Assembly: GCA_963651445.1 (NCBI GenBank)
Contig: CAVJPU010000001.1
Location: 129,094 to 193,093 of the forward strand
Length of the DNA: 64,000 nt
Reading direction: 5' to 3'
Origin: a bacterium
GTDB taxonomy: Bacteria; Bacillota_I; Bacilli_A; RFN20; CAG-826
In this document: positions 16,529 to 30,210 of the stretch, one piece after another
How positions within the stretch are numbered: position 1 is the first letter of the stretch
Layout: each line of letters opens with the position of its first letter
Translations under genes and position numbers: made by a program
The notes under the pieces: model-generated
Seen by the model: the letters and a program-made list of their open reading frames with translations, nothing else
Told to the model about the DNA's origin: nothing
The model's database searches: none

Positions 16529-19500
16529 TGGCCGCCAAAAAAGCTAATACTTACAAAAATTACCCATTGGGAAGAAACGATCGAATCAATTTCTCTAAAA
16601 TCTCTGGTTCCTTGGAAATCCCATACATGGTCGAAATTCAGACCAAATCCTTCGAATGGTTTTTAAGAGAAGGATTGGACGAGGTCATGAAGGAAGTCTT
16701 CCCTATCTCTAACTATGCCGGCAACGTCTTCATCGATTATGTTTCCGCTAGATTCGAAAAACCGCTTTACACCCCGCTTGAGTGCAAAGGCGGTGACCTC
16801 ACTTATTCAAGCAAGTTAAAGGTCAAACTTCGCCTTCGCAATGAAACGACTGGCGAAATCAAAGAAGAAAACGAAGTCTTCATGGGCGATGTCCCAATGA
16901 TGACTGACTCTGGCACCTTCATCGTCAATGGCTCTGAACGTGTCATCGTTTCTCAGATCGTCCGTTCCCCGGGTGCCTATTTCCAGGACACCCCAGATAA
17001 GAGCGGCAAGCACATCTATAATGGCGAAATCATCCCGACCCGTGGCACTTGGTTGCAGTTCGAAAGCGACATGAAGGGCCTCTTATGGGTCAGAATCGAC
17101 CGTCAGAGAAAGATGCCAGCCTCCATTTTGTTCAAGGCCTTGGGCATCTATAAAGAAAAAGACCTCAAAGAATTATTCGGTGATTCCGATTCCTTTAAAG
17201 ACACCCTTGAAAAGGATTCCGCCATCAAGACCGATATGGACGCTTTGCAGGAGATCTTCCGCAAATTGAAACCAGGCGAACCTCTTACCAAAGAAGGCGT
17301 TCAGACATTCTTAATCACCAAATTCTTTGATAACAAGCGTTACGACTTAGGAAGAGCCGGACGTTTCAAGTATCTCCAGAAATTAGGTCTCTATGAAAGA
17401 TTGCCAAATAGAATCTTGGCCGAGAACTTAGTCACCGCCGATGGCGAGATTCAAGCTGACGAAAACGGCGAATTGTTCACCGAAGGCAGAAAGCTCACCA
17501 AAGAAGACGTCGCTTATTTAAAGAACATCGAATTCTTCGAAAAAGGCGCCATGAGCAAGACCTTGAAAGTCAATGAATTCATCGACAATCACAGCACCGT
17601 CAATATCGTTAAGGTTCACGCCAACGACCGTTTGAGCGGCAAAGTCGTCTCCATGGTCGGCACCGATTTAAACGAGAACATCACCCGCGTCACCATCTCC
17701 GATATGGTCGCCTGTTTCTCTTATTTCATGAACATCCAGGATGGCTTAGGCCAGACTGACGATATCGACCACTTAGGCAACCGCCGCGTCCGTTGCGTCG
17801 GCGAATTGCTCCAGACCCAATTCAGAATCGGTCTTACCAAGATGGAAAAGACCGTTCAGCAGAAGATGTCCATCACCGAGCTTGATACCGCTAAGCCTCA
17901 ACAGTTGATTAACATCCGTCCGTTAACCACTTCCATCCATGAGTTCTTCTCTTCCTCCCAACTCTCGCAGTTCATGGATCAGACCAACCCATTGGCCGAA
18001 TTGACCAACAAGCGCCGTATTTCCGCCCTTGGTCCTGGCGGTCTTACCAGAGATCGCGCTTCCATGGAAGTCCGTGACGTTCACTACACTCACTATGGTC
18101 GTATCTGCCCTATCGAAACTCCAGAAGGTCAGAACATTGGTCTTATCAATAACCTCTCCACTTATGCCAAAATCAACGACTATGGCTTCATTCAGACCCC
18201 ATATCGTATCGTCTATCACGTCGATGGCCACGACTATGTCTCCGACAAAGCCGAATACTTGTCTGCCGATGACGAGAGAGGCTTATATATCGCCGAAGCC
18301 AACATCGCTTTGAGCGAACCGAAAGAAGTCATCATCGATGGCAAGAAGGAAATCGTCAAAGAGATCATCGAAGACGAATGCGTCTGCCGTCATGACGAAG
18401 ATTCCGTCCGTGCCGATAAGTCCCTTATCTCTTACGTCGACGTCTCTCCAAAACAGATTATCTCCATCGCGGCCGCCTGTATTCCATTCTTAGAAAATGA
18501 TGACGGCACCCGTGCGTTGATGGGCGCGAACATGCAGCGTCAGGCTTTGCCTCTTCTCCGTCCGTCCTTGGCTTATGTCGGAACCGGTATGGAACCGATC
18601 ATCGCCAAAGACTCCGGTCTCGCTACCGTCTCCGTTGACGAAGGCGTTGTCACCTACGTCGATTCCCAGACCATCAAGGTCAAAGAAAAAGGCGGCGAAC
18701 GCGTCTATAATTTGGAGAAGTTCGAACGCGCTAACGGTGGTACCTGCATCAACCAGACCCCAATCGTCAAAGTCGGCGATAAGATTCAGAAGAACCAAAT
18801 CATCTCCGATGGTCCAGCTATGCGTAACGGCGAACTTGCCTTAGGCCAGAACGTCCTCATCGCTTATATGACTTGGCACGGCTACAACTACGAAGACGCT
18901 ATCATCATGTCGGAAAGAATGGTGAAGGAAGATACCTACACCTCCATCCACATCGAGAAATACGAAATCGAATGCCGCGAAACCAAACTTGGCAACGAAG
19001 AAATTACCCGTGATATCCCGAACGTCCGCGAAGATCAGAAGTCCTTCCTCGATGAGGATGGCATCATCATCCCAGGCGCCGAAGTTAAAGAAGGCGATAT
19101 CTTAGTCGGCAAGACCACTCCAAAAGGTCAAACCGAGCCAACTCCGGAAGAGAAACTCTTGATGGCCATCTTCGCCGAAAAGGTCAAAGACGGCAAAGAC
19201 AGCTCCCTCCGTGTCCCACATGGTGGCGCTGGCATCGTCTTAGGCGTCAAGGTCTTCGTCCGTCAGAAAGACCCACTCCCGGCCGGTGTCCTTAAGGCCG
19301 TCCGCGTCTACATCGTCCAGAAGAGAAAGATCTCCGAAGGCGACAAGATGTCCGGCCGTCACGGTAACAAAGGCGTTATTTCCAAGATCCTTCCGGTCGA
19401 GGATATGCCGTTCTTGCCAGATGGTACCCCAATTGATATCTTACTTTCCCCAATGGGCGTTCCTTCCCGTATGAATATCGGTCAGATTTCCGAGATTCAC

Positions 19501-20217
19501 TTAGGGTTAGCCTGTAGGAAATTAGGCTTAAGAATTGCCACCCCAGCCTTCGATGGCGTTTCCGGTGATGAAATCACCGACCTTATGAGAAAGGCTGGCA
19601 TCTCCGAAGATGGCAAGACCATCCTCTATGATGGCCAAACCGGTGAGCGCTTCCCAGAACGTATCTCCGTCGGCGTCCAGTACATGATCAAACTCGTGCA
19701 TATGGTCGACGACAAATTGCACGCCCGTGCCACTGGCCCATATGCCCTCGTCACCCAGCAGCCGCTTGGTGGTAAGGCCCAAAACGGTGGCCAGCGTTTC
19801 GGCGAAATGGAAGTCTGGGCTCTCGAAGCCTATGGCGCTTCCCACGTCTTGCAGGAAATTATCACCTACAAGTCTGATGACAGAGTTGGCCGCAGAAAGG
19901 CCTACGAAGCCATCATCAAAGGCCTTAAGTTGCCTAACCCAGGCATGCCAGAAGCCTTCAAGGTTCTCACCAAGGAGCTTCGTGGCTTAGCCATGAACGT
20001 CGAATTGACCGATGACGAAGGCTATGAAATCAATATGGATGACTTAGCCAAAGAGGCGTTGATCGAAGAAAGAAAGGTTAACTCCGCCATCCGCAACCTC
20101 TCCACCAAGCGTGAAGAAAAGGAAGAGGATGTCGTCGAAGTCAGCCATGACGAAGAAATCGCCGAAGAAGGATTGAGCGTCGGCTCTGCTTCCTACTACA
20201 GCGGTTCCAAGGAATAA
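16528..20217 (+). CDS. rpoB: DNA-directed RNA polymerase subunit beta
   Basis: It is 1229 aa with conserved beta-subunit blocks throughout ([36 protein letters not shown]). The C-terminal tail is acidic. Confidence 0.98.
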   Translation: MAAKKANTYKNYPLGRNDRINFSKISGSLEIPYMVEIQTKSFEWFLREGLDEVMKEVFPISNYAGNVFIDYVSARFEKPLYTPLECKGGDLTYSSKLKVKLRLRNETTGEIKEENEVFMGDVPMMTDSGTFIVNGSERVIVSQIVRSPGAYFQDTPDKSGKHIYNGEIIPTRGTWLQFESDMKGLLWVRIDRQRKMPASILFKALGIYKEKDLKELFGDSDSFKDTLEKDSAIKTDMDALQEIFRKLKPGEPLTKEGVQTFLITKFFDNKRYDLGRAGRFKYLQKLGLYERLPNRILAENLVTADGEIQADENGELFTEGRKLTKEDVAYLKNIEFFEKGAMSKTLKVNEFIDNHSTVNIVKVHANDRLSGKVVSMVGTDLNENITRVTISDMVACFSYFMNIQDGLGQTDDIDHLGNRRVRCVGELLQTQFRIGLTKMEKTVQQKMSITELDTAKPQQLINIRPLTTSIHEFFSSSQLSQFMDQTNPLAELTNKRRISALGPGGLTRDRASMEVRDVHYTHYGRICPIETPEGQNIGLINNLSTYAKINDYGFIQTPYRIVYHVDGHDYVSDKAEYLSADDERGLYIAEANIALSEPKEVIIDGKKEIVKEIIEDECVCRHDEDSVRADKSLISYVDVSPKQIISIAAACIPFLENDDGTRALMGANMQRQALPLLRPSLAYVGTGMEPIIAKDSGLATVSVDEGVVTYVDSQTIKVKEKGGERVYNLEKFERANGGTCINQTPIVKVGDKIQKNQIISDGPAMRNGELALGQNVLIAYMTWHGYNYEDAIIMSERMVKEDTYTSIHIEKYEIECRETKLGNEEITRDIPNVREDQKSFLDEDGIIIPGAEVKEGDILVGKTTPKGQTEPTPEEKLLMAIFAEKVKDGKDSSLRVPHGGAGIVLGVKVFVRQKDPLPAGVLKAVRVYIVQKRKISEGDKMSGRHGNKGVISKILPVEDMPFLPDGTPIDILLSPMGVPSRMNIGQISEIHLGLACRKLGLRIATPAFDGVSGDEITDLMRKAGISEDGKTILYDGQTGERFPERISVGVQYMIKLVHMVDDKLHARATGPYALVTQQPLGGKAQNGGQRFGEMEVWALEAYGASHVLQEIITYKSDDRVGRRKAYEAIIKGLKLPNPGMPEAFKVLTKELRGLAMNVELTDDEGYEINMDDLAKEALIEERKVNSAIRNLSTKREEKEEDVVEVSHDEEIAEEGLSVGSASYYSGSKE

Positions 20218-20232
20218 GGAGGGATTTGAATC

Positions 20233-23200
20233 ATGTTCGATATCAAAAATTTAGCGGCGATGAAAGTCGGCCTCGCTTCTCCTGAAACCATTCGTTCTTG
20301 GTCCCACGGCGAGGTTACCAAACCAGAAACCATCAACTATCGTAGCCAGAAACCGGAACCGGGAGGTCTCTTCTGCGAAAAGATCTTCGGTCCGTCCAAA
20401 GACTACGAATGCCATTGCGGCAAATACAAAAAGATCAGATATCAGGGCATCACCTGCGAAAAGTGCGGTGTTGAAGTCACTTCCAAAGAGTGGCGCAGAG
20501 AGCGTTTCGGTCACATCGATTTGGTCTCTCCATGCTCCCACATCTGGTACTTGAAGGATATCCCATCCCGTATGGGTCTTGTCTTGGATATCAGCGCCAA
20601 AGAGCTTGAAGAAGTCATCTACTTCGCCGCTCATATTTGCTTGAACCCAGGCAATTCCAGCGTCCTTAAATACAAACAGTTCTTAGATGAGAAGAGTGCC
20701 AGAGAAATCTTCCCTCACGTCATCGAAGAATTCATGCCATCCCTTGTTGAAGGCTCCGCCGACGCCTTGCGCGCCGAAGAGCTCATCCGCAGAATGGGCA
20801 CCCCAGAGGAGACCTTCGACTTCTTCTCCACCTCCGCCTTCATCGCCCGTCATACCGACGCTGAATTTGGCGAAGGCGCCAAAGCCATCAAACGCTTGTT
20901 GCACGAAGTCAATCTTGATGCCGAATCTGAGAACCTCAGAGCCGAAATCAAGAACTCCACTGGTCAAAAACGTCAGAAACTCACCAAGAGACTCGAAGTC
21001 ATCGAGGCTTTCCGTGAGTCCGGTCAAAAACCGGAATGGATGATTTTGGATGCTATCCCAGTCATCCCGCCAGATCTCCGTCCGATGCTTCCTCTTGACG
21101 GTGGCCGTTTCGCGGCTTCCGACTTGAACGATTTGTATCGTCGTGTCATCTCCCGTAACACCCGTTTGAAGAAATTGATCGACATGCGCGCTCCGGAAGT
21201 CATTTTGATGAATGAGCGTCGTATGCTTCAGGAAGCGGTGGACGCCCTTATCGATAACGGCCGCCGTTCCAAGCCAATCACCGGTCCTACCGGCAGAACC
21301 TTGAAGTCCTTATCCTCTGGATTGAAGGGCAAACAAGGCCGCTTCCGTCAGAACTTGCTCGGTAAGCGTGTTGACTATTCCGGTCGTTCCGTCATTGCCG
21401 TCGGTCCAAACCTCAAGATGTATCAGTGCGGTCTCCCAAGAGAGATGGCTATTTCCTTGCTCCGCCCATTCATCGCCTCGGTCATGATCAAGCGCGGCAT
21501 CTCCCATTCCTACAAGGAAGCCGATGCCAAGATCAACGCCTTGGATTCCCAAGTCTACGATATCGTCGAGGAAATCATCTCCCAGCACCCAGTTCTCCTT
21601 AACCGTGCGCCTACCCTTCACCGTTTGGGTATCCAGGCCTTCCAGCCAATCTTGGTTGATGGCCGCGCCATCCGTTTGCATCCACTCGTTTGTACCGGTT
21701 TCAACGCCGACTTCGACGGTGACCAGATGGCTGTCCACGTACCATTAAGCAAAGAAGCTCAGTTCGAAGCCTTGAACTTGATGCTTGCCTCCAATAACAT
21801 CCTTGGCCCGAAAGATGGCAAGCCAATCGCCGTCCCATCTCAGGACATGATCCTTGGCAACTACTGGTTGACCATGGAAGAAAGCGCCGAAGATATGTTG
21901 GCTCATGCAAAGTATTTGCGTGAAATCTACATCGACCCGAAGAACGTCGGAGAAAAAGCCGCGACTGAAGAAGAAGCTGCTGAATCCGAAGCCTACGCCG
22001 AGATGGAAGGCGCTGCCTTTGCTTCCGTCGCCGAAGTCATCCGTGCTTATGAGACCCACTCCATTGGCTTACATAACCGTATCGCCATCAAGTCCGCCTC
22101 AATTCACAAGACCTTTGCTCCGGAATCCGATCCAGACAACGTCAAGGATTACGCCTTGCCGTTCTACGCCAAGAACAAATATTTGCTCACTACCGTTGGC
22201 AAAGTCATCTTCAATGAGATCTTCCCGGATGATTTCCACTACATCAATGATGATCCAGCCGCCTCTTTGGAGACCGTCAAATCTTGGTTCGTTCCTTATG
22301 GAACCGACCTTGTTGAGGCCGTCAAGTCCAAGTCCCTCCGCGCCCCAATCGCCAAGAAGGGCTTAGGCGTCTTAATCGATCAGATCTTCCATAAATACGA
22401 CATGAAGGAAGAAGAATACGATCCAAATGGTTCCCAATATTCCGTCCGTCCATCAAAGACTGCCGCTATCTTGGATAAGATCAAGGATCAGGGATTTGCT
22501 TATTCCACCATCTCTTCCGTCACCGTCGCCAGAAGCGACATCAACCTCAAAGCCGCCGATCCAAACAAGCAGTCCATCAACGACTTCAAGTATGAACGCG
22601 TGGCCGAAGGCTATGAGAAAGTCGACCAAATCACCGCTTTGTACAAGAAAGGTATGTTCTCCGACAAGGAACGCCATCAGGCCGTTTGCGATGTCTGGAA
22701 CGCCGTTGCCAAAGCCGTCGAAGACAAGGTCGCCGAATACCTTAAAGAAGATAAGCGCAACCCATTGGTCATCATGGCCGATTCCGGCGCTCGTGGTAAC
22801 ATCGCCAACTTCAAGCAGTTAGTCGGTATGAAGGGCTTGGTCGCTAACCCGAAGAATGAAGCCATCGAACTTCCTATTGTCTCCTCTTATAGAGAAGGCT
22901 TGAAGGTCGCCGAATTCTTCATTAACACCCACGGTGCCCGTAAAGGTGGCGCCGATACCGCTCTTAAAACCGCTGACTCTGGCTATCTTACCCGTCGTTT
23001 GGTCGACGTCTCTCAAGACGTCGTCGTCCGCGAAGTCGATTGCAACTGCGATCACGGCTTCAAGGTCCGCGCAATCTATAACACCGCTCAGAACACCGTC
23101 GTCGCTAAATTAAGCGAACGTCTCGTTGGTCGTTTCTCGATGCATGACATCATCAATCCAAAGACTGGTGAGGTTATAGTCCCGGGCAACACCATGATCA

Positions 23201-24273
23201 GCGAAGAAGACGCTAATAAGATCTCCGATGCCGGTATCGAAGAAGTCGAGATCCGTTCCCTCTTCACCTGCCAGACCAAGAATGGCGTCTGCCAGCACTG
23301 CTATGGCCGCAACATGGCCACTGGCCGCTTGGTCGAATTAGGCGAAGCCGTCGGTATCATGGCCGCTCAGTCCATTGGTGAACCAGGCACGCAGTTGACC
23401 ATGCGAGTCTTCCACACTGGTGGTATGGCCGGAAGCGACATCACCCAAGGTCTTCCACGTGTCCAAGAACTCGTCGAAGCCCGTAACCCGAAAGGCAAAG
23501 CCCTCATCTCCGAAATCGATGGTACTATCGAGAATATCGAAGACGATGGCAATGGCCGTTATAAGGTTGCCGTCAGATCCATCGCCGATAAGACTGCGGA
23601 ATCCGAGACTCCAGAAATCAAAGAATACCTCACTGGTTATGGCGCTCGTCTCCGTGTCAAGAAAGGCGATAAGGTCGAGGCCGGTGGCAAGATCACCGAA
23701 GGTGCCATCGATCCTAAAGAATTGCTTGAATACTCCTCCAAAGAGAAGGTTCAGGTCTATATGATCAAGGAAATCCGTAAGGTCTATGCCGCTCAAGGTA
23801 TCGGCATCTCGGATAAGCACCTTGAGGTCATCGTCCGTCAGATGCTCCGCAAGCTCGTGGTCGTCGATGCTGGCGATACCGATCTCTTGCCAGGTACCAA
23901 GGTCGACACCGATCGTTTCACCACGGTCAACCAGGAAGCCTTATTGGCCGGCAAGCGCCCAGCCTTGGCGAAGCCTATCGTCTTAGGCATCACCAAAGCC
24001 GCCTTGGAGACCGAATCCTTCCTCTCCGCCACCTCCTTCCAGCAGACCACCCGTATCCTTACCGATGCCGCCATCAGAGCCAAGACCGACCGTCTCCATG
24101 GCTTGAAAGAGAACGTCATCACCGGTCGTTTGATCCCAGCTGGCACTGGAGCCGAAGACGAGAATATCACCAAGAAGAGCCTCGCTGACTTCACCGTCGA
24201 GAACAAGATGGAAGAAGTTCGCGATACTTATATCGAGGCCCACGATCGTCAGGCGAACAAGGCCATTCAATAG
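20233..24273 (+). CDS. rpoC: DNA-directed RNA polymerase subunit beta'
   Basis: It is 1346 aa with the zinc-binding CHCGKYKK...CEKCGVEV and the catalytic [12 protein letters not shown]. It is about 150 aa longer than the Bacillus protein (as I recall its length), spread over several short insertions. Confidence 0.98.
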   Translation: MFDIKNLAAMKVGLASPETIRSWSHGEVTKPETINYRSQKPEPGGLFCEKIFGPSKDYECHCGKYKKIRYQGITCEKCGVEVTSKEWRRERFGHIDLVSPCSHIWYLKDIPSRMGLVLDISAKELEEVIYFAAHICLNPGNSSVLKYKQFLDEKSAREIFPHVIEEFMPSLVEGSADALRAEELIRRMGTPEETFDFFSTSAFIARHTDAEFGEGAKAIKRLLHEVNLDAESENLRAEIKNSTGQKRQKLTKRLEVIEAFRESGQKPEWMILDAIPVIPPDLRPMLPLDGGRFAASDLNDLYRRVISRNTRLKKLIDMRAPEVILMNERRMLQEAVDALIDNGRRSKPITGPTGRTLKSLSSGLKGKQGRFRQNLLGKRVDYSGRSVIAVGPNLKMYQCGLPREMAISLLRPFIASVMIKRGISHSYKEADAKINALDSQVYDIVEEIISQHPVLLNRAPTLHRLGIQAFQPILVDGRAIRLHPLVCTGFNADFDGDQMAVHVPLSKEAQFEALNLMLASNNILGPKDGKPIAVPSQDMILGNYWLTMEESAEDMLAHAKYLREIYIDPKNVGEKAATEEEAAESEAYAEMEGAAFASVAEVIRAYETHSIGLHNRIAIKSASIHKTFAPESDPDNVKDYALPFYAKNKYLLTTVGKVIFNEIFPDDFHYINDDPAASLETVKSWFVPYGTDLVEAVKSKSLRAPIAKKGLGVLIDQIFHKYDMKEEEYDPNGSQYSVRPSKTAAILDKIKDQGFAYSTISSVTVARSDINLKAADPNKQSINDFKYERVAEGYEKVDQITALYKKGMFSDKERHQAVCDVWNAVAKAVEDKVAEYLKEDKRNPLVIMADSGARGNIANFKQLVGMKGLVANPKNEAIELPIVSSYREGLKVAEFFINTHGARKGGADTALKTADSGYLTRRLVDVSQDVVVREVDCNCDHGFKVRAIYNTAQNTVVAKLSERLVGRFSMHDIINPKTGEVIVPGNTMISEEDANKISDAGIEEVEIRSLFTCQTKNGVCQHCYGRNMATGRLVELGEAVGIMAAQSIGEPGTQLTMRVFHTGGMAGSDITQGLPRVQELVEARNPKGKALISEIDGTIENIEDDGNGRYKVAVRSIADKTAESETPEIKEYLTGYGARLRVKKGDKVEAGGKITEGAIDPKELLEYSSKEKVQVYMIKEIRKVYAAQGIGISDKHLEVIVRQMLRKLVVVDAGDTDLLPGTKVDTDRFTTVNQEALLAGKRPALAKPIVLGITKAALETESFLSATSFQQTTRILTDAAIRAKTDRLHGLKENVITGRLIPAGTGAEDENITKKSLADFTVENKMEEVRDTYIEAHDRQANKAIQ

Positions 24274-24287
24274 GCAAAAACCAAATT

Positions 24288-24320
24288 AGAGGCGTGAAAA
24301 ATCGCCTCTTTTTTGTTTGT
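24288..24320 (+). terminator. Rho-independent terminator after rpoC
   Basis: AGAGGCG-tgaaaaat-CGCCTCT followed by TTTTTTGTTTGTTT. Confidence 0.8.
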
Positions 24321-24403
24321 TTGGCAATGAAAAAAATGTGGGCTTTTAGAAGTCCACTGAACCGTGCGTGTCAATTAAGGAAAAAATTCGATAAATTCGA
24401 CTG

Positions 24404-24432
24404 TTGACAGAACCTTTTCACGTGCGTAATAT
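24404..24432 (+). promoter_or_regulatory. Near-consensus promoter of the str operon (rpsL-rpsG-fusA-tuf)
   Basis: TTGACA, 17 nt, TAATAT. Confidence 0.65.
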
Positions 24433-24501
24433 TACCAGCGTTCGCACACAGCCCTTTTTAAGGGCGCTTCATAGCGAAAAGTTTAATTAAGGAGATCTTA
24501 A

Positions 24502-24921
24502 ATGCCTACGATCAACCAACTCGTAAGACAAGGCCGTCAGAAATTGGCCAAGAAATCCAAAACTCCTGCTTTGGGCAAGAGATGGAATTCCCTTACGAAA
24601 AAACAGACCAACCAAGCATCCGCTCAGAAACGTGGCGTTTGCACTCGTGTTGGCACCATGACCCCGAAGAAGCCAAACTCCGCTCTTCGTAAATACGCTC
24701 GTGTCCGTTTGTCCAACGGATATGAAGTCACCGCCTACATCGGCGGCGAAGGCCACAACCTTCAGGAACACAGCACCGTCATGATTCGCGGTGGCCGTGT
24801 CAAGGACTTACCAGGTGTCCGTTATCACATCGTCCGCGGAACCTTAGACTGCGCCGGCATCGAAGCCCGTCGCCAAGGACGTTCCCTCTATGGCACCAAG
24901 AAGCCACATGAGAGCAAATAA
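24502..24921 (+). CDS. rpsL: 30S ribosomal protein S12
   Basis: The sequence [12 protein letters not shown]...[10 protein letters not shown] is typical of S12. Confidence 0.98.
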   Translation: MPTINQLVRQGRQKLAKKSKTPALGKRWNSLTKKQTNQASAQKRGVCTRVGTMTPKKPNSALRKYARVRLSNGYEVTAYIGGEGHNLQEHSTVMIRGGRVKDLPGVRYHIVRGTLDCAGIEARRQGRSLYGTKKPHESK

Positions 24922-24935
24922 GGGAGGAATAGAAA

Positions 24936-25406
24936 ATGTCACGTAAAGGTAAAATCGAACATAGAGACGTTCTCCCAGATCCAATTTACAATTCCAAGCT
25001 CGTCACCCGCTTGATCAATCGCGTCATGTACGACGGCAAGCGTGGAACCGCCCAGAAGATCATCTACACTTCCTTCAAGACCATCGAAGAGAAGACCGGC
25101 AAACCAGCCATGGATGTCTTTGCGACCGCTGTCAACAACATCATGCCAGAAGTCGAATTGAAGGTCCGCCGTATCGGCGCCGCCAACTATCAGGTTCCAG
25201 TCGAAGTCAATCCGGCCCGTAAGCAAACCTTGGGCCTTCGTTGGTTAGTCACCTATGCTCGTCTCCGCAACGAGAAGACCATGGATGCCAAATTAGCCGG
25301 CGAAATCATCGATGCTGCCAACGGCACCGGTGGAGCTGTAAAGAAGAAAGAAGACGTCCTTAAGATGGCTGAAGCCAACAAGGCTTATGCCCACTATCGT
25401 TGGTAA
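24936..25406 (+). CDS. rpsG: 30S ribosomal protein S7
   Basis: It is 156 aa, and [28 protein letters not shown] is typical of S7. Confidence 0.98.
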   Translation: MSRKGKIEHRDVLPDPIYNSKLVTRLINRVMYDGKRGTAQKIIYTSFKTIEEKTGKPAMDVFATAVNNIMPEVELKVRRIGAANYQVPVEVNPARKQTLGLRWLVTYARLRNEKTMDAKLAGEIIDAANGTGGAVKKKEDVLKMAEANKAYAHYRW

Positions 25407-25424
25407 TAATAAAGGAGAATCACA

Positions 25425-27521
25425 ATGGCTGAAGATATACTCCAAGGCGTAGATAAGTTTGACTTACCTCACACCCGTAACATCGGTATCATGGCTCACA
25501 TCGATGCCGGTAAGACCACTACTTCTGAACGTATCCTTTATTACACTGGCCGTTCCCACAAGATCGGCGAAGTCCATGAAGGTGCAGCCACCATGGACTG
25601 GATGGAAGAAGAGCAAGAACGTGGTATCACCATTACTTCCTCTGCTACCACTTGCTTCTGGAAAGGCCATCGTATCAACATCATCGACACCCCGGGACAC
25701 GTCGACTTCACCGTTGAAGTTGAACGTTCTCTCCGTGTCTTAGACGGCGCGGTCACCGTCCTCGACTCCAAAAACGGTGTCGAACCTCAGACCGAAACCG
25801 TTTGGCGTCAGGCTGATAAGTATGGCGTTCCAAGAATCGTCTTCTGCAACAAGATGGACGCTATCGGCGCGGACTTCGAGATGTGCTTAGGCACCCTCAA
25901 AGAAAGACTCGGCGTCGACTATGCCGCTATTCAATATCCTATTGGCAGAGAGAGCATGTTCACCGGCGAAATCGACTTAGTCAAGATGGAAGCCTGGTAC
26001 TATGACCTCAAAGATAAGGACATCCCACCAGTCATCAAGCCAATCCCAGAAGATTTGATGGAGAAAGCCACCTACTATCGTAACGAATTGCTTGAGAAAT
26101 TAGCCGCTTACGATGATGACCTCATGATGAAGGTCTTAGACGGCGAAGAACCATCTGTCGAAGAGATCAAAGCCGTCATCCGCAAAGCCACCATCTCCGG
26201 AAAATTCTTCCCGGTCCTCTGCGGTACCGCCTTCAAGAACAAAGGCGTCCAGCTCTTATTGGACGCTGTCGTCGACTATCTCCCATCCCCGCTTGATATC
26301 CCGGGCGAAAAAGGCACCGATGGCAAGGGCAACGAATATGTCTGCCAAGTCACTGACAAGGCCCCATTCGTTGGCTTAGCCTTCAAGATCGCCACTGACC
26401 CATTCGTTGGCCGTTTGGCTTACGTCCGTGTCTACCAAGGCGTCTTAAAGAGCGGCTCCTATGTCTTAAATAGCTCCAATGGAAACCAGGAACGTATCGC
26501 TCGTTTGGTTCTCATGCATTCCAATCACCGTCAGGAAGTCTCCGAACTCAAAGCCGGAGAAATCGGCGCGGTCGTTGGCTTGAAGACCACCACCACTGGC
26601 GATACCCTCTGCGATCCAGATCACAAAGTCGTTCTCGAATCCTTAGAATTCCCTGAACCAGTTCTCGAAGAAGCGGTTGAGCCGAAGACCAAGGCCGATA
26701 TCGAGAAAATGAACGTCGCTTTGGCTAAATTAGCCGAAGAAGATCCAACCTTCCGCGTTCACACCAACCAAGAAACCGGCCAGACCATCATCGCTGGCGT
26801 CGGTGAGTTGCAACTCGAAATCTTGGTCGAACGTATGCGTCGCGAATTCAACGTTCAAGTAAACGTTGGCGCCCCGCAGGTCAATTATCGCGAAACCATC
26901 ACCAAGACCGGCGAAGCCCAGGGCCGCTATGTCAAGCAGTCCGGTGGTCACGGCCAGTACGGTGATGTTTGGATCCGTTTCGAACCAAACCCAGGCAAAG
27001 GCTTCGAATTTGTCGATGCCATCGTCGGTGGTTCGGTTCCAAAGGAATTCATCAAACCAACCCAGCAGGGTTTGGAAGATGCCCTTAACAGAGGCATCAT
27101 CGCGGGCTTCCCAGTAATCGATGTCAAGGCCACCTTATTCGATGGTTCTTACCACGATGTCGACTCCTCTGAAGCTGCCTACAAGATCGCCGCTTCCATG
27201 GCCTTAAAGGCCGCCGGCGATAAGTGCGGTCCGGTCATTCTTGAGCCGATCATGAAGGTCGACATCACCATCCCAGACCAGTACTATGGCGACGTCATCG
27301 GCGATATCTCTCGCCGTCGTGGCCAACTCAATGGCGAAACCCAGCGTGGCAATAACGCCAAAGAGGTCTCTTGCTTAGTCCCATTGTCCGAGATGTTCGG
27401 TTATGTAACCGACTTACGTTCTCTCACTCAGGGACGCGGCAACTTCATGATGACTTTCTCGCATTATGGACAAACCCCACGTTTCATCCAAGACGAGATC
27501 GTCAAGAAGTCTCAACACTAA
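25425..27521 (+). CDS. fusA: Elongation factor G
   Basis: It is 698 aa with the GTPase motifs [17 protein letters not shown] and NKMD. Confidence 0.98.
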   Translation: MAEDILQGVDKFDLPHTRNIGIMAHIDAGKTTTSERILYYTGRSHKIGEVHEGAATMDWMEEEQERGITITSSATTCFWKGHRINIIDTPGHVDFTVEVERSLRVLDGAVTVLDSKNGVEPQTETVWRQADKYGVPRIVFCNKMDAIGADFEMCLGTLKERLGVDYAAIQYPIGRESMFTGEIDLVKMEAWYYDLKDKDIPPVIKPIPEDLMEKATYYRNELLEKLAAYDDDLMMKVLDGEEPSVEEIKAVIRKATISGKFFPVLCGTAFKNKGVQLLLDAVVDYLPSPLDIPGEKGTDGKGNEYVCQVTDKAPFVGLAFKIATDPFVGRLAYVRVYQGVLKSGSYVLNSSNGNQERIARLVLMHSNHRQEVSELKAGEIGAVVGLKTTTTGDTLCDPDHKVVLESLEFPEPVLEEAVEPKTKADIEKMNVALAKLAEEDPTFRVHTNQETGQTIIAGVGELQLEILVERMRREFNVQVNVGAPQVNYRETITKTGEAQGRYVKQSGGHGQYGDVWIRFEPNPGKGFEFVDAIVGGSVPKEFIKPTQQGLEDALNRGIIAGFPVIDVKATLFDGSYHDVDSSEAAYKIAASMALKAAGDKCGPVILEPIMKVDITIPDQYYGDVIGDISRRRGQLNGETQRGNNAKEVSCLVPLSEMFGYVTDLRSLTQGRGNFMMTFSHYGQTPRFIQDEIVKKSQH

Positions 27522-27613
27522 TTTATAAATTAGTTAGTGTTGTAAAAAATAGCCCGTTGAAATATCATAATTAACGGATTGTCTAAAACCATTTTTCGGA
27601 GGAAAAAACACCC

Positions 27614-28831
27614 ATGGCAAAAGAAAAATTCAACCGTGACCGTGTCCATCTTAACGTTGGTACCATCGGCCACGTCGACCACGGCAAAACCACTTTAACC
27701 GCCGCGATCACCCACTACCTCTCCATGCTCGGCAAAGCTACTAACGGCGTTGAAGGCAACGCTGTTGACAAAGCTTACGGCGACATCGACAGCTCCCCAG
27801 AAGAGAGAGCTCGTGGTATCACAATCAACACCGCTCACGAAGAGTATGAAACCAAGACCCGTCACTACGCTCACGTCGACTGCCCGGGACACGCTGACTA
27901 CATCAAGAACATGATTACTGGTGCTGCTCAGATGGACGCCGCTATCTTAGTCGTCGCCGCCACTGATGGCGTCATGCCACAGACCCGCGAACACGTCTTG
28001 CTCGCCCGTCAGGTTGGCGTCCCATACATCATCGTTTATCTCAACAAGACCGACCTCGTCGATGACCCAGAATTAATCGACTTAGTCGAAATGGACGTCC
28101 GTGACCTCTTAAGCTCCTATGGCTTCCCAGGCGACGAACTCCCAGTCATCCGTGGCTCTGCCCGTGAAGCTGGCATGTCCAATGACTACAATTCCGAAGC
28201 TTGCAAGTCCATCAAGGAACTCCTTGAAGCTATGGATACCTACATCCCGGATCCAAAGCGTGACGAAGACAAGCCATTCTTGCTCCCAATCGAAGACGTC
28301 CTCACCATCTCTGGCCGTGGCACCGTCGTCACTGGTAGAGTCGAGCGTGGTGTTGCCCGCGTTGGCGACGAAGCCGAAATCGTCGGCATCAAGCCAACCC
28401 AGAAGACCGTCATCACTGGTCTCGAAATGTTCCGCAAGACCTTAGACTTCGCCACTGGTGGCGATAACGTTGGCGCCCTTCTCCGTGGTGTCACCCACGA
28501 TCAGGTCGAACGTGGTCAGGTCCTTGCCAAACCAGGATCTATCGTCCCACACGATAAGTTCTCCGCTGCTGTCTACGTCCTCACCAAAGAAGAGGGTGGC
28601 CGTCACACCGCTTTCTTGAACGGCTATCGTCCACAATTCTTCTTCCGCACTACCGATATCACCGGCAACATCACCTTGCCAGCCGGCACTGATATGGTCA
28701 TGCCAGGCGATAATGTCACCTTCAGCGTCGATCTTATCCACCCGATCGCTCTCGAACAAGGCACCAAATTCTCCATCCGTGAGGGTGGCCGTACTGTCGG
28801 CGCCGGCACCGTCAGCGACATCATTCATTAA
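27614..28831 (+). CDS. tuf: Elongation factor Tu
   Basis: It is 405 aa with [17 protein letters not shown] and NKTD. A short extra segment ([15 protein letters not shown]) lies in the effector-proximal region. Confidence 0.98.
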   Translation: MAKEKFNRDRVHLNVGTIGHVDHGKTTLTAAITHYLSMLGKATNGVEGNAVDKAYGDIDSSPEERARGITINTAHEEYETKTRHYAHVDCPGHADYIKNMITGAAQMDAAILVVAATDGVMPQTREHVLLARQVGVPYIIVYLNKTDLVDDPELIDLVEMDVRDLLSSYGFPGDELPVIRGSAREAGMSNDYNSEACKSIKELLEAMDTYIPDPKRDEDKPFLLPIEDVLTISGRGTVVTGRVERGVARVGDEAEIVGIKPTQKTVITGLEMFRKTLDFATGGDNVGALLRGVTHDQVERGQVLAKPGSIVPHDKFSAAVYVLTKEEGGRHTAFLNGYRPQFFFRTTDITGNITLPAGTDMVMPGDNVTFSVDLIHPIALEQGTKFSIREGGRTVGAGTVSDIIH

Positions 28832-28846
28832 TTTGAATAACTAAAA

Positions 28847-28873
28847 GGGCACGCACACGCGTGCTCTTTTTTT
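28847..28873 (+). terminator. Rho-independent terminator after tuf
   Basis: GGGCACGC-acac-GCGTGCTC (8 bp including one G-U pair), then T7. Confidence 0.8.
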
Positions 28874-28895
28874 ATGCCTATGCACGCGCGTTTGA

Positions 28896-28924
28896 TTGCT
28901 TAATTTTTATCCTTATCTTATGAT
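28896..28924 (+). promoter_or_regulatory. Candidate promoter TTGCTT-17-TATGAT ending 6 nt before the ATG of the first RDD gene (leaderless arrangement)
   Basis: I read it directly. The A of the ATG (28931) is the 7th nt after the -10 hexamer, and there is no usable SD. Confidence 0.45.
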
Positions 28925-28930
28925 AAGGGC

Positions 28931-30208
28931 ATGAATTTACCAAAGAACCTTACCATTGCCGTACCGACCAAGCGTTTCTTGGCTTTTCTTATCGATTTCG
29001 TGTTGGCCGCCATTGTCGGATTTGCCCTTTATGTTTCTTGGGGCTCCCATGGCTTATTTAGCTCTTTAGGCGGAGCCGAGTTGTGGCAAGACGCCATGGA
29101 ATTTTATGGCACTTCCCATTTGGTCAATGTCGAAAAGAACGATGACGGAACTTGGTCCACGGAATACGAGGAATTAAGTTATAACGTCCAGCCATCCAAT
29201 GACCAGGCTAAGCCAGGTTATGAATATTATTTGGATGCTTGCTATCTCTTCTATAGCGATTTCCTTCCAAATAACGAGCATATCGATGCGGTGGACGGAG
29301 TGGCGGCCAAAGATTATTACAGCGCCTTCTATTTCAACACCGAGATCATCGGTCTTCCGAAGGATTTGACTTCTATTGATGTTTCTAACCCAGCCACTTA
29401 TACCTCGGCGAATGGATATTTCCAATATGACTTGGACACCTCTGGAACGATTATCGACCAGAATGCCAAACCGGTTGTGGCGGACGCCTATAAGTCCTTG
29501 GTTAATGCCCAAGATACAGAAATCTTAACTAAGTACTACAAACTATTCTTGGACGGGACCAGCAAGAACGCCACAGGCATCTTCTACGGGGCCGGAAAGC
29601 TTTTATCCAATCAATCTTATATTCAAAACTTAAATAAAGATTACACACGCGTCAATTGGATCGTGAACGCGGTGGCGTTCTCTATTCCACTGGTCGCCTT
29701 CTTCTTGCTTGTTCCGTTCTGCACCCCAAACGGTGAGACTTTGGGCAATCTCATTACCTTTACCGGATACGCCAAAAAGAACGGCGTTAAGATTGGCATA
29801 TGGCAGAGATTCGGTCATCCATGGATCGTGGCTATCTGCTTATCACCATTCGTCTTCGTGCCGAGCAATTATCGTATGTTTGCCTTAATGGGCGCATTGG
29901 TCTTGTTGTTTATCGACTTTGCTTTTGCCTTAAGAGACAGAAGCGGGGCTTATAGGGCTTTGGAAGATAGAATGTGCGGAACGATCCTTTATGAGAAAAA
30001 GAAGTCCAAATTGCTTAAAAACGAAGCGGAAGCCGAACGTTTTGAAGAAGAACATAATGTTATGGAGACCGTCACCAACGAGACCATCAAAGTGGTCGAT
30101 TCCGAAGCGGTTCTCAAAGAGAATTCCATCATCGATTTAGATACTTTGGAACATAGGAATGCTAATATTGATTCCTATGATTCTTTGGAAGGGAAAGATA
30201 AGGACTAA
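28931..30208 (+). CDS. RDD family membrane protein, paralogue 1 (large extracytoplasmic insert after TM1, acidic C-terminal tail)
   Basis: The N-terminal KRFLAFLIDFVLAAIVGF provides the R and D of the RDD motif. About 200 aa of Tyr/Asp/Asn-rich region follow. The TM cluster contains PNGETLGNL, and the C-terminal motif is LEDRMCGTILY. Confidence 0.7.
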   Translation: MNLPKNLTIAVPTKRFLAFLIDFVLAAIVGFALYVSWGSHGLFSSLGGAELWQDAMEFYGTSHLVNVEKNDDGTWSTEYEELSYNVQPSNDQAKPGYEYYLDACYLFYSDFLPNNEHIDAVDGVAAKDYYSAFYFNTEIIGLPKDLTSIDVSNPATYTSANGYFQYDLDTSGTIIDQNAKPVVADAYKSLVNAQDTEILTKYYKLFLDGTSKNATGIFYGAGKLLSNQSYIQNLNKDYTRVNWIVNAVAFSIPLVAFFLLVPFCTPNGETLGNLITFTGYAKKNGVKIGIWQRFGHPWIVAICLSPFVFVPSNYRMFALMGALVLLFIDFAFALRDRSGAYRALEDRMCGTILYEKKKSKLLKNEAEAERFEEEHNVMETVTNETIKVVDSEAVLKENSIIDLDTLEHRNANIDSYDSLEGKDKD

Positions 30209-30210
30209 AG

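Noticed and set aside
20233-24273. The extra length of rpoC (1346 aa) as a possible novel inserted domain
   Set aside because: Compared by eye with Bacillus beta', the extra residues are spread over several short lineage-specific expansions (about aa 135-175 and 560-760) rather than one discrete domain. That is common in reduced Firmicutes-derived lineages.
24327-24407. A 26-aa sORF (MKKMWAFRSPLNRACQLRKKFDKFDC) between the rpoC terminator and the rpsL promoter
   Set aside because: It has no SD, it overlaps the -35 of the rpsL promoter, and it has no recognisable features. It is probably a chance ORF.
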